DNA of 64,000 nucleotides from Mobula hypostoma (lineage: Eukaryota), in NCBI RefSeq assembly GCF_963921235.1, contig NC_086097.1, forward strand, positions 147,004,001 to 147,068,000, read 5' to 3'. The position numbers and the translations under genes are program-made. The notes below the pieces were generated by a model. That model was not told the origin of the DNA. It made no database searches and saw only the letters and a program-made list of their open reading frames with translations. This document shows, piece by piece, positions 1 through 11,327 of this stretch; the first letter of the stretch is position 1; each line of letters starts with the position of its first letter.

Positions 1-272
1 CCCATGATCCTCCCCTCTTTCCAACTCTGTATCCCTTTTGCCAATCAACTTTCCAGCTCTTAGCCTCATCCCTACCCCTCCTGTCTTCTCCTATCATTTC
101 GGATCTCCCCCTCCCCCTCCCACTTTCAAATCTCTTACTATCTCTTCTTTCAGTTGGTCCCGACAAAGGGTCTCGGCCCTAAATGTCGACTGTACTTCTT
201 CCTATTGCGTTCCACCAGCATTTTGTGTGTATTGGTTGAATTTTCAGCATCTGCAGATGTTCTCGTGTTTGT
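1..272 (+). mobile_element. Penelope-like element terminal (pLTR) remnant with degenerate hammerhead motif
   Basis: A pyrimidine-rich tract is followed by gtcccgacaaagggtctcggccctaaatgtcgactg and ccagcattttgtgtgt...cagcatctgcaga. The same terminus occurs in the copies at ~18991-19090 and ~53285-53415. Confidence 0.7.
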
Positions 273-402
273 GACAGTAAATGTATGTTCAGTTTACAGT
301 GTGTGGCAGTCGTAATGGCCATATTGGTTTTCTACTTTGCAGTGTTTGGGTGCAAGTTCGGGAGGATGACATAACAACGAGGAAAAGGTAATGGTGATTC
401 TA

Positions 403-1136
403 TGAGGGGTGATTGGTAAGTTTGTGGCCCAAGGTAGAAGGAGTCAATTTTCGAAAACCTAGCACATGTATTTTTCAACATTGTCCCCTCCTACATGTAC
501 ACACTTAGTCCAGCGGTCGTGGAGCATACGGATCCCTTCTTTGTAGAAGTGGTCCACAGCAGGGGTGATTGATAAGTTTGTGGCCTAAGGTAGAAGGAAT
601 TTAGTTATTAACTTCAAACTTCCTGCATTATCACACAAAAAGTTGAACTGCACATGCATGTAACGAGAGCGTCTTGGACCTCCAGATGGTCCAGTCCATA
701 ACAGAGGCAATTGATAAGTTTGTGGCCTAAGGTAGAAGGCAATGAGTTACACCGCTCTCGTTACATGCACGTGCAGTTCAACCCTTTGAGTGATAATGCA
801 AAAAAGTTGTAAATTAATAACTCATCAGGGGTGTTTGGTAAGTTTGTGGCCTAAGGTAGAAGGAGATGACTTATTAACTTCAAACTTTCTGCACAATCAC
901 TCAAAGAGTTGACCTGCATGTTCATGTAACAAGAGCTGTATAACTCATCTCCTTCTACCTTAGGCCATGAACTTATCAATCACCCATTTGTGGACACTTT
1001 CTGGAAGTCCAAGATCCGTATGCTCCAGGACCACTGGACTAAGTGTGTAAATGTAGGAGGAGACTATGTTGAAAAAATAAATTTTCTAAAATTGACTCCT
1101 TCTACCTTAGGCCACGAACATATCAATCACCCCTCA
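403..1136. mobile_element. Mariner-derived non-autonomous element (MITE) with multiple internal TIR copies
   Basis: TA at 401-402 and 1137-1138. The TIR is tgaggggtgattg(a/g)taagtttgtggcc(t/c)aaggtagaagga. The arms encode the mariner transposase C-terminus (WTKCVNVGGDYVEK). Confidence 0.9.
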
Positions 1137-1140
1137 TATA

Positions 1141-1343
1141 GTGTGTTCTTCCCAAAACTGTGTGGGTTTGCTCCCGCGTTCCAAAGATGCACAGTTTAAG
1201 GTTAGTAAGTTGTGGGCATGCTACTTGGGTGCTAAAAGCACAGCAACACTTGGCAACACATCCTTGGGCTGTGTTCGTTGTTGACACAAACAATGCATTT
1301 CTCTGTTGTTTCGATGTAATTGTGACAAATAAAGCTCATCTTT
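1141..1343 (+). mobile_element. V-SINE-like fragment
   Basis: The stretch gttcttccc...tgtgggttt...ccaaagatgcacag...gttagtaagt resembles the V-SINE central domain. It ends in a LINE-type tail, tgtgacaaataaagctcatctt. Confidence 0.55.
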
Positions 1344-2154
1344 GATTGAGTTTGAATAAACCTACTTTCCGAGGAACGATTCAATCCGGGAATGCCAAGC
1401 ATCATCTACATTATTTATCAGCTGTTTAGTTCATTTACTTCAAGAAGATATTGATAGCATTGATGGCTGATTACCTGCTCAGTCACCTTTCAGCAGCCAC
1501 TGGAAATGACGTGTAACATTAGACCCTGCTAATGTTTCCCATTGATCATAGTGTGTGTGTGTCTCTGTCTCTCTCTCTGTCTCCCTCTCCCCTCCCCCTC
1601 TCCCCCACCCCAATCACAGCCAGCAAATGTATGCCTGTGTAACTTCAGAATGCTTCACTTCTTTCACAGCTGCCAAATTGTGTAGCTGAGGGAAATAGCT
1701 GTCATTTCAATCTTCAGATAGCCCTCTGGAGAAAGTTGTAAATGCATCTTATCAGTTATCAGCAGTAAACCTCGGCTGCAAAAGTGACTGGACATTGGGA
1801 ATCACAGACCCTGCTGGGGATATATACAAAGCAAACCTGACAACTCTTGGACTGAAATTTAAAAAAATTGAGAAAGCACTGCAGATATAAGATTACTGAA
1901 ATTTACAATTCCTTACAATCAACAAAGGACTATCATACTAAGCTGTGTGCAAGCTTTGAGTGTAGCTGCTGTGGAAGAGAATGTATTTCCCTTAGCCAGG
2001 CACCAAGCTGATTCTTATCACAGCCCAAAATCTGAGAAGTTAGTGGTACAGCTTTTTGATAAAGATACAATTCAAAATGCTTGCAAAGCATTTCATTTGT
2101 ATCCTTCATAACTTATAGTAAGGCCACAAATTGCTCTTAAGATTTAACAGCAGC

Positions 2155-2300
2155 ACACACAAAAAAGATGGAGGACCTCCTCAGGTTAGGCAGTATCTAT
2201 GGAGGCAAACGAAAGTTCCTTCCCCTCCACAGAGGCTGCCTGACCCGCTGAGGTCCTCCAGCATATTGTTTGTGTCGCTCAAGAATTCCAGCTCCTGTCT
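2155..2300. mobile_element. Inverted pair of Penelope-like termini
   Basis: The left arm (acacacaaaaaagatggaggacctcctcaggttaggcagtatctatggagg) is the approximate reverse complement of the right arm (cctccacagaggctgcctgacccgctgaggtcctccagcatattgtttgtgt). Confidence 0.6.
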
Positions 2301-3030
2301 TCAGATTTAGGACCTGATTCTAATGACATCCCATGAAAGAAATATCAACAGAATTGTCTCCCTGCAGTGCTCTGTAGCTGCTACACTTTATTCTGCATTC
2401 TGTTTTTGCCTTACCTTGTACTACCTCAATGCTCGGAGTAATGATTTTATCTGTATGTGCAGAATACCCGACCAGCTTTTCACTGAGACTCAGTACACGT
2501 GATAATAATAAATCAATTCCAATTGTTTATTTCTGGACACAAAAAAAAATTCTTATGAGCAGTGACATACTAAATTAATTCAAATCGTCGAAGAGTGCGA
2601 AAGCACCCAGTCCTTTTAACTTCATCCAAAAAGTAGCATTTCCTAATTATTGATTCAATGCGTCTAATCAGGTAATCACAGTACTTTCACTTTCATTACC
2701 CAAAAAAATTCTGTATATTTTTATGCAGATCCCTAATTTGAAGAATTTCCATTTTCTGTCCTAGATTTGTGTTTTTTTTATTCTCATGCCTTGCTCAAAC
2801 TCAGATTAACATAATTTTGAGGAATTATCTCCCTCACCGTTTTCTGCCTCTAAAATCATTACAAGAACACAATGTCTCTAAATAATAGTCTTAGAATAGA
2901 TATATTTTAAGAATTCCTGGGATATGAAAAGCTACTTAGTTCTCCATCTACCATCTTGCTAGTTAGATAATACATCAAGACTTGGATAATGATAATTGGT
3001 CTCTTAAAAATTAAACCACAATATATCCAT

Positions 3031-3318
3031 TTCAAAGTTCAAGATAAATTTATTATCAAAGTATATATACAAACTTGAGATTCATTTTCCTGCAGGAATA
3101 CTCAATAAATCCAATAAAATCGATCAAAGATGATAGGGTGGACACCAGTGTTCAAAAGATGATGCAAATACAAAAAGATTTTCATTCAAGGGCACCGGTG
3201 TTTCCATACCAGGCAGTCATGCAGCCAGTCAATATACTCTCCACCACACATTTATGGAACTGAGTCAAAGTTATAGATGCCAAATTTTTGCGAACTCCTG
3301 AGGAAGTAGAGGTGCTGA
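3031..3318 (-). mobile_element. Rex/Babar-type LINE 3' fragment
   Basis: The minus strand reads as degenerate HLYFLRS...CVVESILTGCMTAWYG. The tail and body match the copy at 46250-46900. Confidence 0.7.
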
Positions 3319-3333
3319 GCCAGGTACAAGAAG

Positions 3334-5041
3334 AAGCCAGAGAATGGTAGTAGATGGTTGCCTCTCCAACTGGAAGTCTGTGATTGGAGGAGTGCTGCAG
3401 AGATCGGTACTGGGTCTATTGTTTGCCATCTATATCAATGATCTGGATGACAATTGGATCAGCAAATTTGTGTTTTACAGCAAGATTGCGGGTGTAGTGT
3501 AGTAAGACATTGATGAGATCTAATTTGGAGTATTATATGCAGTTTTGGTCACCTACCACGGGAAAGATGTAAATAAGATTGAAAGAGTACAGAGGAAATT
3601 AAGAAGAATGTTGTCAGGTCTGGAGGACAAAAATGAGGATAGATTAAATAGGTTAGTACTTTATTCCTTGGAATGTAGAAGATCGAGGGGAGATTTGATA
3701 GTGTATACAAAATTATGAGTATAGATAGGATATATGCAAGCAAGCTTTTTCTACTAAGGTTGGGTGGGACTACAACTAGCGGTCATAGGGTCAAGAGTGA
3801 ACAGTGAAAAGTTTAAGGGGAACATGAGGGGAAACTTCTTTACTCAGAGGGTCATGAGCTATGTTCTAAATTGAGTGCGTGTGCGCGCGCACACATATTT
3901 TTCAACCAGTGCACAAAGGAAATTAATGTGCGCACAAAAGGTTAGTTACCTAAAATAATGTAGTAATTAATAATTATACCTATTGAAAATAATCTTTTAG
4001 CTAAATGTTTCTGTTAACTAGTTAGTCAGTTTTTCAAATACCACAATGCACGTCACTAATTTACATCATATCAGCTTTCCTGTTCCGGTTTGTACAGCTG
4101 CATCACGGTGGCAGCCATCTTTGGCGGACAGTGTTCATATCATAAAGTTTACAAAGATCTGTTTCAAACCCTGCAGATAGCTTACTAAGTTTTTATTGAA
4201 AAAATATTGATTCACTATGTCAAATTCAAAAGAAGCGAAGGGTGTGAAGCGCAAAAGAACTGCCAAATTTGTTTAAAGTTGAATGGCTTAACAAAATAGT
4301 AGAAACTGCTACACTGAAAGCTTATGAGGTCATGAACGCTCAGCTACGAAAAATATTTATGTACGATTTGGAAGCTGGAGTTATCTGTTTGTTTTGACGT
4401 GATGCGAAAGTTGCTGGAGAATTTGCTAGTGGAAGGAAGTGGGATGATATTTAGAAACTTGACTTTTTGAAGCATCATTTGGCAAGTAAATCGTATTTGG
4501 ACAGTGTACAAAAGCTCAGGCAACAGAACCAGTCATTACCCGTTACAGGAGTGCTACGCATGTTATGGTTGAGTGCAGATGAGCAAGAGCAAAAATGATC
4601 AAACCCAGAGGAGATCAAAGTTCTTATTGACAGTGTGTTGTTAGCTGTTAAAATGAATAACTCTTTACATTCAGTTCAACACATTAATGTTATTTTGTTG
4701 TTATTCTGTGCAGTTTTATGTCAAATGTTTTGTAAACCTACATAACTGTGCCATGTGTGCATTCAGTGTGCACATACTTTTGTCACAGGAAAAAAAATTG
4801 CACATCATAACATTTTGCGCACACTGACTGCTAAAAATTAGAGGGAACATTGGTCATGAGAGTATGGAATGAGCTGCCAGTGCAAATGGTAGTTGCGATT
4901 CCCATTTCAACATTTAAGAGAAGTTTGGATAGGTACATTGATGGCAGGGGTATGGAAGGCTATGGTCCCGGTGCAGGTTCAATGTAGAATGGATGGGCTG
5001 AAAAGCCAGTTTCTGCACTGTACTTTTCGATGACTATAACT
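3334..5041 (+). mobile_element. CR1 LINE 3' fragment interrupted by a hAT element
   Basis: RT C-terminal remnants (INDLD; gggaaacttctttactcagagg) continue after 4860 as agtatggaatgagctgcc...tatgactata-like tail. Confidence 0.8.
3859..4852 (+). mobile_element. hAT (Tip100/Arthur-like) internally deleted DNA transposon
   Basis: Perfect 8-bp TSD gtcatgag at 3851-3858 and 4853-4860. The right TIR is aattagagggaacattg and the left TIR is degenerate. Internal transposase N-terminal remnants read MSNSKEAKGVKRKRTA and a decayed Zn-finger ...KLDFLKHHLASKS. Confidence 0.85.
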
Positions 5042-5562
5042 GCCCAAAGGTGGTTGGCTTTATGATGAATACATCCCAAGTTATCTGCTCCCCAGATCAT
5101 TTCAATTACCAAGCTAATTATTTGAATGGCTCTGCATCTCAAAAATGCACTGTTAATTTAACACCTGAAAATGAAGATTAACTTAACGCCGTTAACTTAA
5201 CACCTGAAGTTCAAATAGACATCAGGCCAGAAAAAGAATTACAGTTTGGTTTAAGGTATTGCTTTTAAGAACATACTTAAAGATGGAAAGCTGTGTGTTG
5301 ATAAAGATGAAAAATGATGACAGGACCAGAAAGGGATATAGGTATAGACCTAGTACTGAGGTGGTCACCGGGCTCTATCACCATTCATGGGATAAAGGGC
5401 GCAGCCAGAATTAGGAGAATAAAATATTTGAGAGCCTCTTTGGGAACCAAGATTGCCAACACTTCTGAGTGACCTAAGGCCTTACCAAAAATGTGATTTT
5501 TTTTCTAAATTTGGAGATTTTGTAGCTTTCCTTCATCAGTAAAGTGTATGAGCCCATTTACA

Positions 5563-6216
5563 TGTACGGGGTCTTTCTTTTGTTACATTTAAAATGGCGA
5601 CTTTATTATGTTAATCTGGGGAATGCGGCTTTGTTGTGCTTTAATGCTGAAGAGAGTTTGCGCTAGCAGCTTGTTTTACTTTAGAGTGAAATAGCAGGGT
5701 TCTATTAGCCAATGGGTGGTTATGTATCATTTTGTTTTCGGATACCATGCTGTATGATATGACTGTGGACTGAGTTTTGGCGGGGAGTCGGAGGAGAGAC
5801 GGGGAGGATGGTGGAGAGACGGGGAGGACGGTGGAGAGACGGGGAGTTGGTGGAGAGACGAGGAGGACGGCGGATGTGCAGAGAGGCGCCGGTCGATCAC
5901 TCCGGGTGGTCCCGAGCCGTGATTCGACAGGATTTAGGTGGTCATCTGAAATCGAAGTGAGCGCGAAGAACTTGGACTTTGATAAGTGTCGGCGCCTTTT
6001 TTTTTCATTACTTTCTTCTCTGTATCAAATGTATATTAATGTCATAGAATTAGTAATATCTGTAAAGTGTATTTGTTAAAATTTACTGGGTGTGCTGGCT
6101 GATGATTGATGTTTGTGATTGATTCGGGCGGCGACCAACCCTGTGGGGATTGTTGAGGCGGGTGCTGGGCTGGATTTCCCCTAGACGTACACGAGTCAAT
6201 ATAACGGAACGTTACA
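5563..6216. mobile_element. Probable solo LTR (Gypsy-like)
   Basis: TG...CA ends with short inverted termini (tgtacg...cgttaca). It is about 650 bp and CpG-rich relative to the flanks. There is an internal ~20-bp repeat (ggagagacggggaggacggt). The flanks taca/taaa are only an imperfect TSD. Confidence 0.6.
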
Positions 6217-6623
6217 TAAATATAATGAATCTCGAGGTGACTGTTCATCAGTCTGGTATAGAAAGAAAAGGAAAAGCAATAGAGATAGTAGCAGCAACAC
6301 AATGTGGTGGTGCAGGGGGTGTGGTGAACAGAATTAGGGCACAGGCCCACTGATCATTAGAGAGTGAGGAAATGGACAGGATAGGTTTAGTTAGGTTTGG
6401 TGGACTCTCTGTAGAGTCAGTCAGTACTGTTGGTGAAGATAATGAAACATGTCACAGGATGGAAGGGACCACATGTTCGGGCCATACATCTCACAGCCCA
6501 AATGTATAAATGTGAGGTGGAGCATCTCTCATACCTCTGAGGGAGTATGCTTGCATAAATTAATCTCCATCTGAGGCACTAATATTGAGTGCCACCCAGG
6601 TCATTCCCTCATCTCAGTGAAGA

Positions 6624-6845
6624 CCATAAGAACATAAGACATAGGAGCAGAACTAGGCCAATTCTTCTCATCAAGTCTACTCCACTATTCAATTATTGCT
6701 GATTTATTTTCCCTCTCAACCCCATTCTCCTGTCTTCTCTCTGTAACGTTTGAAGTCCTTAAAAATCAACTTACTATCAACTGCTGCTTTAAATATACCC
6801 AATGACTTGACCATCTGTGGCAATGAATTCCACAGGTTCACCACG
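6624..6845 (-). mobile_element. CR1 LINE 3' end
   Basis: Tail accataagaacataagacataggagcagaa, followed by the usual gaattccacag...ttcacca segment. Confidence 0.8.
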
Positions 6846-7974
6846 TTGATGTCTAACTGCTGAGGAAGGACAGTGACTGTTTCTCAGTATAAACCATAAC
6901 AGTGCCTTTCTGAGCTGGTGCAAAGATACTTACAAAAATACAAACTGTGACCATTATTTAAACTGCTCCTGCAAATCCAAAGGAATGAACATGCTTATTA
7001 TCTTTTTCAAAAATCTGTGATGTATTAAGCGTCAGTATTCCCTCATTTTATCAGACTTATTTGTAACTTAACCATAAATTTCACTCTTTAATTAGATCAG
7101 ACTTCAGTGATAACATAGGTTTGGAAAGGATTAAGTTTTCCATAAATGTGATATTGTGAAGAATGGAGAATAGAAAAGTGAGTATTAAAATATTCAAATC
7201 TGGCAAAAGCAAAGACGTGACTGTTCAGTGGGGAAGGAACTTTAAGTAAGAATGAAAAAGAGCTAGGATGCAGATCTCAGTACAGGACAGTGTGTAGTAG
7301 AAGGATAAAACTAAAGGTAGTAGGAATTTAGAATGAACCACAAAGAAAAATGGGGAGGGAGTAGAAAAATATCTTTTCATGAACTATTTCAATGCAAGGT
7401 CACAGATCAAGATTTTAATAAATCCTGTAAAATTGACAAACTTCTGAAAGCAAATATTAGGATTCAGTGGGTGATTTTTTTGTGCCTTATCACTGCATTG
7501 CAGGTCACCTATCTCATTCTCCCCTCCACTCTCCCTTATACTCTATCTTAAAGTCTAATTTATTGTAGGTTTCCCCAATTCTACTGAAAGGTCCTCAACC
7601 CAAAACATTATTTTTGTTTTTCTCATTGCAGCTGCTGCCTGAAATTTCAAATTTTATTTCAGTTTTGTAGCATTTGCAATATTATGCTTATGTGTTAAGT
7701 TGCACGGTGCATTGCTTAAAGTAACTTTTGTGTGCAGCCAATTCTACTTAAATAGTTCTTTTGCTAAACGCATGAAGAAGGCTGATACCCCAGTGGCAAT
7801 TGATCTTCTCATATTTGACTGCTTGCATAAATTAATCTCCATTTTACATCTGCTACATGATGTTACGCAAGGTGTAATCATAATCAATGGATCCATAATC
7901 ACAGTCTGCACTGGTCTCTAGTGAGTTACATACAGGTAGTTGCTTCAACACTTCGTTCAGTATTTCCTCAGCAT

Positions 7975-8578
7975 GGTTAGTAAGTTTTCAGATGATACTA
8001 AAATAGCAGGTGTTGCAGACAAGGTGCAAGGCACACTGAGCATAGGAGCTGTGAGATTTTGTTGCAGGTCTATAAGATGTTGATGAGGCTGCACTGAGTA
8101 CTGTGCATAGGTTTGGTCATGTTGTTACAATAAAGATATTAAACGGGAGGGAGTGCAGACTGGATTTACCAGGACATTGTCTGGTAATGGAGGACTGAGT
8201 TCCAATGTGAAACTAGGACTTTATTCCCCGAAACATAGAAGTCTGGCTTTAGAGGTATTAGATCAGGAGGGAAGATGCTAAAAACGAAAGGCTGTTAGCT
8301 TAAGACAATAGGCAAGTGATTTAAAAGGGACATCAGGGGCAATTTGTTCATGTGAAGTACAGTGGGTATTTGGAACAGTGGCTGTGACACTGTTACACAT
8401 TAGCTATGTTTAAAAGCCATCTAGATAAGTACATGGATAGAAGAGATTTACAAGGGTGTTGGCCAAACAAAGGCAGATAGGATTAGTTCACTGGACAACA
8501 TAGCTAGCATGGACTTCTTGGGATGAAGAGGCTGTTTCCATTCTGTAAGACTTCACGAGTCCATGACTCTACGATTCT
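7975..8578 (+). mobile_element. Degenerate CR1 3' fragment
   Basis: A decayed SKFSDDTKI remnant (the ADD box) is present, and it ends in ...ccatgactctacgattcta. Confidence 0.65.
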
Positions 8579-8584
8579 AATGAT

Positions 8585-9780
8585 AGTCACTCCAGCTTCA
8601 AATATTGAGCTGCAAAACTCAGCTGTTTGTTTACTTGCATATTTAGAGTTCAGTCTCCATGTCATTGTCCACTTGTTCACCGAAGCATATAAAAATTTCA
8701 GTTTAAGTTTTGTTTAACTGGATCCACTTTATCGTCCACCAACAAAAAAGGTCCACAATTAGATGCTTGAGAACGATAACCCTCTTCCCAATATCATCTC
8801 ACAACAAAAGCAGAGATCAAGGATGAAATTCACCACTGCCTTCAGTGTGTCATCACACCCCTTGGCTCTCTGAAGAAAAAAATATTTGAATATCAAACCT
8901 AACACAAAGCTCATGACCATGTCCCTTCTGTTTGCTCCTGAAAAATGGGCCAATTGTAGCATTCATCCCAAGACATTAGAAAAATGACACCAACCCTGTC
9001 TCCACAAATCCACTGTCTGAATATGTGAACCGCTGTATCCTCTTTTCCCAGACTGACACTCTCGGAACTGAATGCCTAACCAGTAAACACTGGTGTGAAG
9101 TGAGCTACATAGCTGGCCACTCTTCTCACTCTTTCCACAGCTTTAATAAGCTTCATACTCGTATTGAACTAATACATGGGATAAACAGGAAGTTATTTAT
9201 TTTCCCACCAGAACCAAGGTCACTCTAATCTCAATCATTGAGCTGCAAAACACAGCTGTTTGTTTACATGTAGAGTTAAAGGCAAATCTCCATGTCACTG
9301 TCCACTTGTTCACTAAAGCATGTAAAAAAAGAGGTTATGCTGATTAAAGGTCTTCTGCCAAACTGGACTCACTTTGTCAGCCTCTAACAAGAATAGCCCA
9401 CAATTAGATGCTGAAAAATATGACTCTCCTCCCAATATCATGGAAAAAGAGGCAAATAAAAAAGATAAAATCTTGTTGGCTCCATTGGTCCAGCCTAACA
9501 CTCAAGCCTCAAAACAGAGAATCTACTGAAAGCTCCAACACAGCGAGGCATTACAAGGTGAAAACAAGGAACAATTCAAGAATGCTGTCAAAGCCTTCTT
9601 GAAAAAATGCAATTAGTGGTCATTTCCAGATCACTGTGAAGGAGGCACTTTTGAGATGAGTCCTTTCACTGGAGGCACACAGAAGCCTTGAATAAAAATT
9701 GCTAAAGGAGCACAGAAACTCTCAAACACTTCCTGCTCACCTGTGCATCACACAATCATCACATCAGCAAACTCTGACCT
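8585..9780 (+). mobile_element. Two tandem degenerate RTE (BovB-like) LINE fragments (~8585-9130 and ~9190-9780)
   Basis: Both read IELQN.AVC...LHV.VHLFT.AY, a decayed version of ELQYADD...LQ..VD.F. The first also has EIHHCLQC...LKKKIFE...TKLM, typical of RTE ORF2. Confidence 0.65.
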
Positions 9781-10136
9781 CTCAGTAGCAAGGCACTATG
9801 TATTCCAAAAGATATTCCAAGATGAGAGCCAAACCGCAGTCTTCATCATTTAAAGGGAAGATGCTTTGCTGCTGAAAAGATGAGGAGAGGCAAACCACAT
9901 TAATAGAAGGTCCTCCAGATAGAGATGAACATGGATGAAATGCAGGAGGTTGTCTAACAGGAAGTATCAATTTATGTGAGATCATTTTTAAATGACATAA
10001 CTTCCTAGCGTACCACTGACCTGAAACACGACCTAATTCACTGCACCCTTTTCTGACATTCCAATCATCATTGTTAATCACTACTAAATACTAAACCTCC
10101 TGTGCTTTGTCTTATCCTCACACATTTACTGCTTTT

Positions 10137-10139
<3 letters not shown>

Positions 10140-10169
<30 letters not shown>
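10140..10169. repeat. (CA)n microsatellite
   Basis: About 14 consecutive AC units. Confidence 0.95.
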
Positions 10170-10170
<1 letters not shown>

Positions 10171-10388
10171 CTCCTATGCACTGACAGTCATGCCACCCAA
10201 CAACACGTCGTGGTTTTACCTGCACACCTCCCCTTTCCTGGAAAAGAAATTTATAACACCAAGTCCTTGCCAAATCTTTTGTTCATCTATATTAATTTGA
10301 CCACGTTGGTATGTACCTTTCTATACCTTGCCTGCACAAGGACCCTTCCAAATCCCTCTTAAATGTAGTGATTAGATTTAAATCTATC

Positions 10389-10891
10389 TTGGAGTATTGT
10401 GTGCAGTTCTGGTCACCTAACTATAGGAAGGATATCAGTAAGATTGAAAGAGTGCAGAGAAGATTTACTAGGATGTTGCCGGGTCTTCAGGAGTTGAGTT
10501 ACAGGGAAAGACTGAACAGGTTAGGACTTTATTCCTTGGAGCGTGGAAGAATGAGGGGGGATTTGATAAAGGTTTACAAAATTATGAGGGGTATAGACAG
10601 AATAAATGTGAGTAGGCTCTTTCCACTTAGATTAGGAGAGATAAATATGAGAGAACATAGCTTTAGGGTGAAAGGGGAAAGGTTTCGGGGGAACTTCTTC
10701 ATTCAGAGAGTGGTGGGAGTGTGTAATGAGCTGCCATCTGATGTGGTAAATGCAGGCTCACTCTTAAGTTTTAAGAATAAATTGGATAGATACATGGATG
10801 GGAGAGGTCTGGACTTGCGGAATAACGTTTCACCACAGACTAGAAGGGCTAAATGGCCTGTTTTCTGTGCTGTAGTGTTCTATGGTTCTAT
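10389..10891 (+). mobile_element. CR1 LINE 3' end (relatively young)
   Basis: ORF 10311-10931 contains LEYCVQFWSP...ERVQRRFTRMLPGL...LGLYSLE. The tail is gtgttctatggttctat. Confidence 0.9.
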
Positions 10892-10999
10892 CTCCTCTTC
10901 TGGACCAACTTCTAGGTATCAATCATTCTGAAAAACTTTGCACTCAGATCTATAAAATATCTGCCCTTTTGTTTTTTGACTGCCTTACCTTACTATACT

Positions 11000-11265
11000 A
11001 AAGTGACCCGGAGGGTGGTGTAGTGGCATTAGCGTCGGACTTCGGGACAAAAGGTCCCGAGCTCGAATCTAGCCGGCTCCCCGCAAGCTTTCCGTCTGTG
11101 CTGGGTTATGAGCTGGTGTTTTCTTTGAAAACTCACCTGGCAGAAGGCAATGGCAAACCACTGCTGTAACTTGCCTTGTACGCGGTTCCCCACTACGTCA
11201 GAGAGGCGTGGAGGGAAATCGCCCGCTAACCGGAGAAACTCCGGATGCAATGTACCTTTCCTTTC
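11000..11265 (+). mobile_element. tRNA-derived SINE with RTE-related 3' part
   Basis: A box tggtgtagtgg and B-box-like gctcgaatc. The body contains gaaggcaatggcaaaccac (RTE/BovB-type motif) and the tail is tacctttcctttc. Confidence 0.75.
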
Positions 11266-11327
11266 CTACTATGGGAAAAAAATATTCTGTCTATCTATGC
11301 TGTTCTATGTCTCTCATTATTTTATAT

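Noticed and set aside
8585..9460. Apparent tandem duplicated exons
   Set aside because: Both copies are decayed RTE RT fragments with stops.
11010..11075. tRNA gene candidates (also 60490-60560 on minus)
   Set aside because: The A/B boxes are SINE heads followed by SINE bodies and tails, and no complete cloverleaf is evident.
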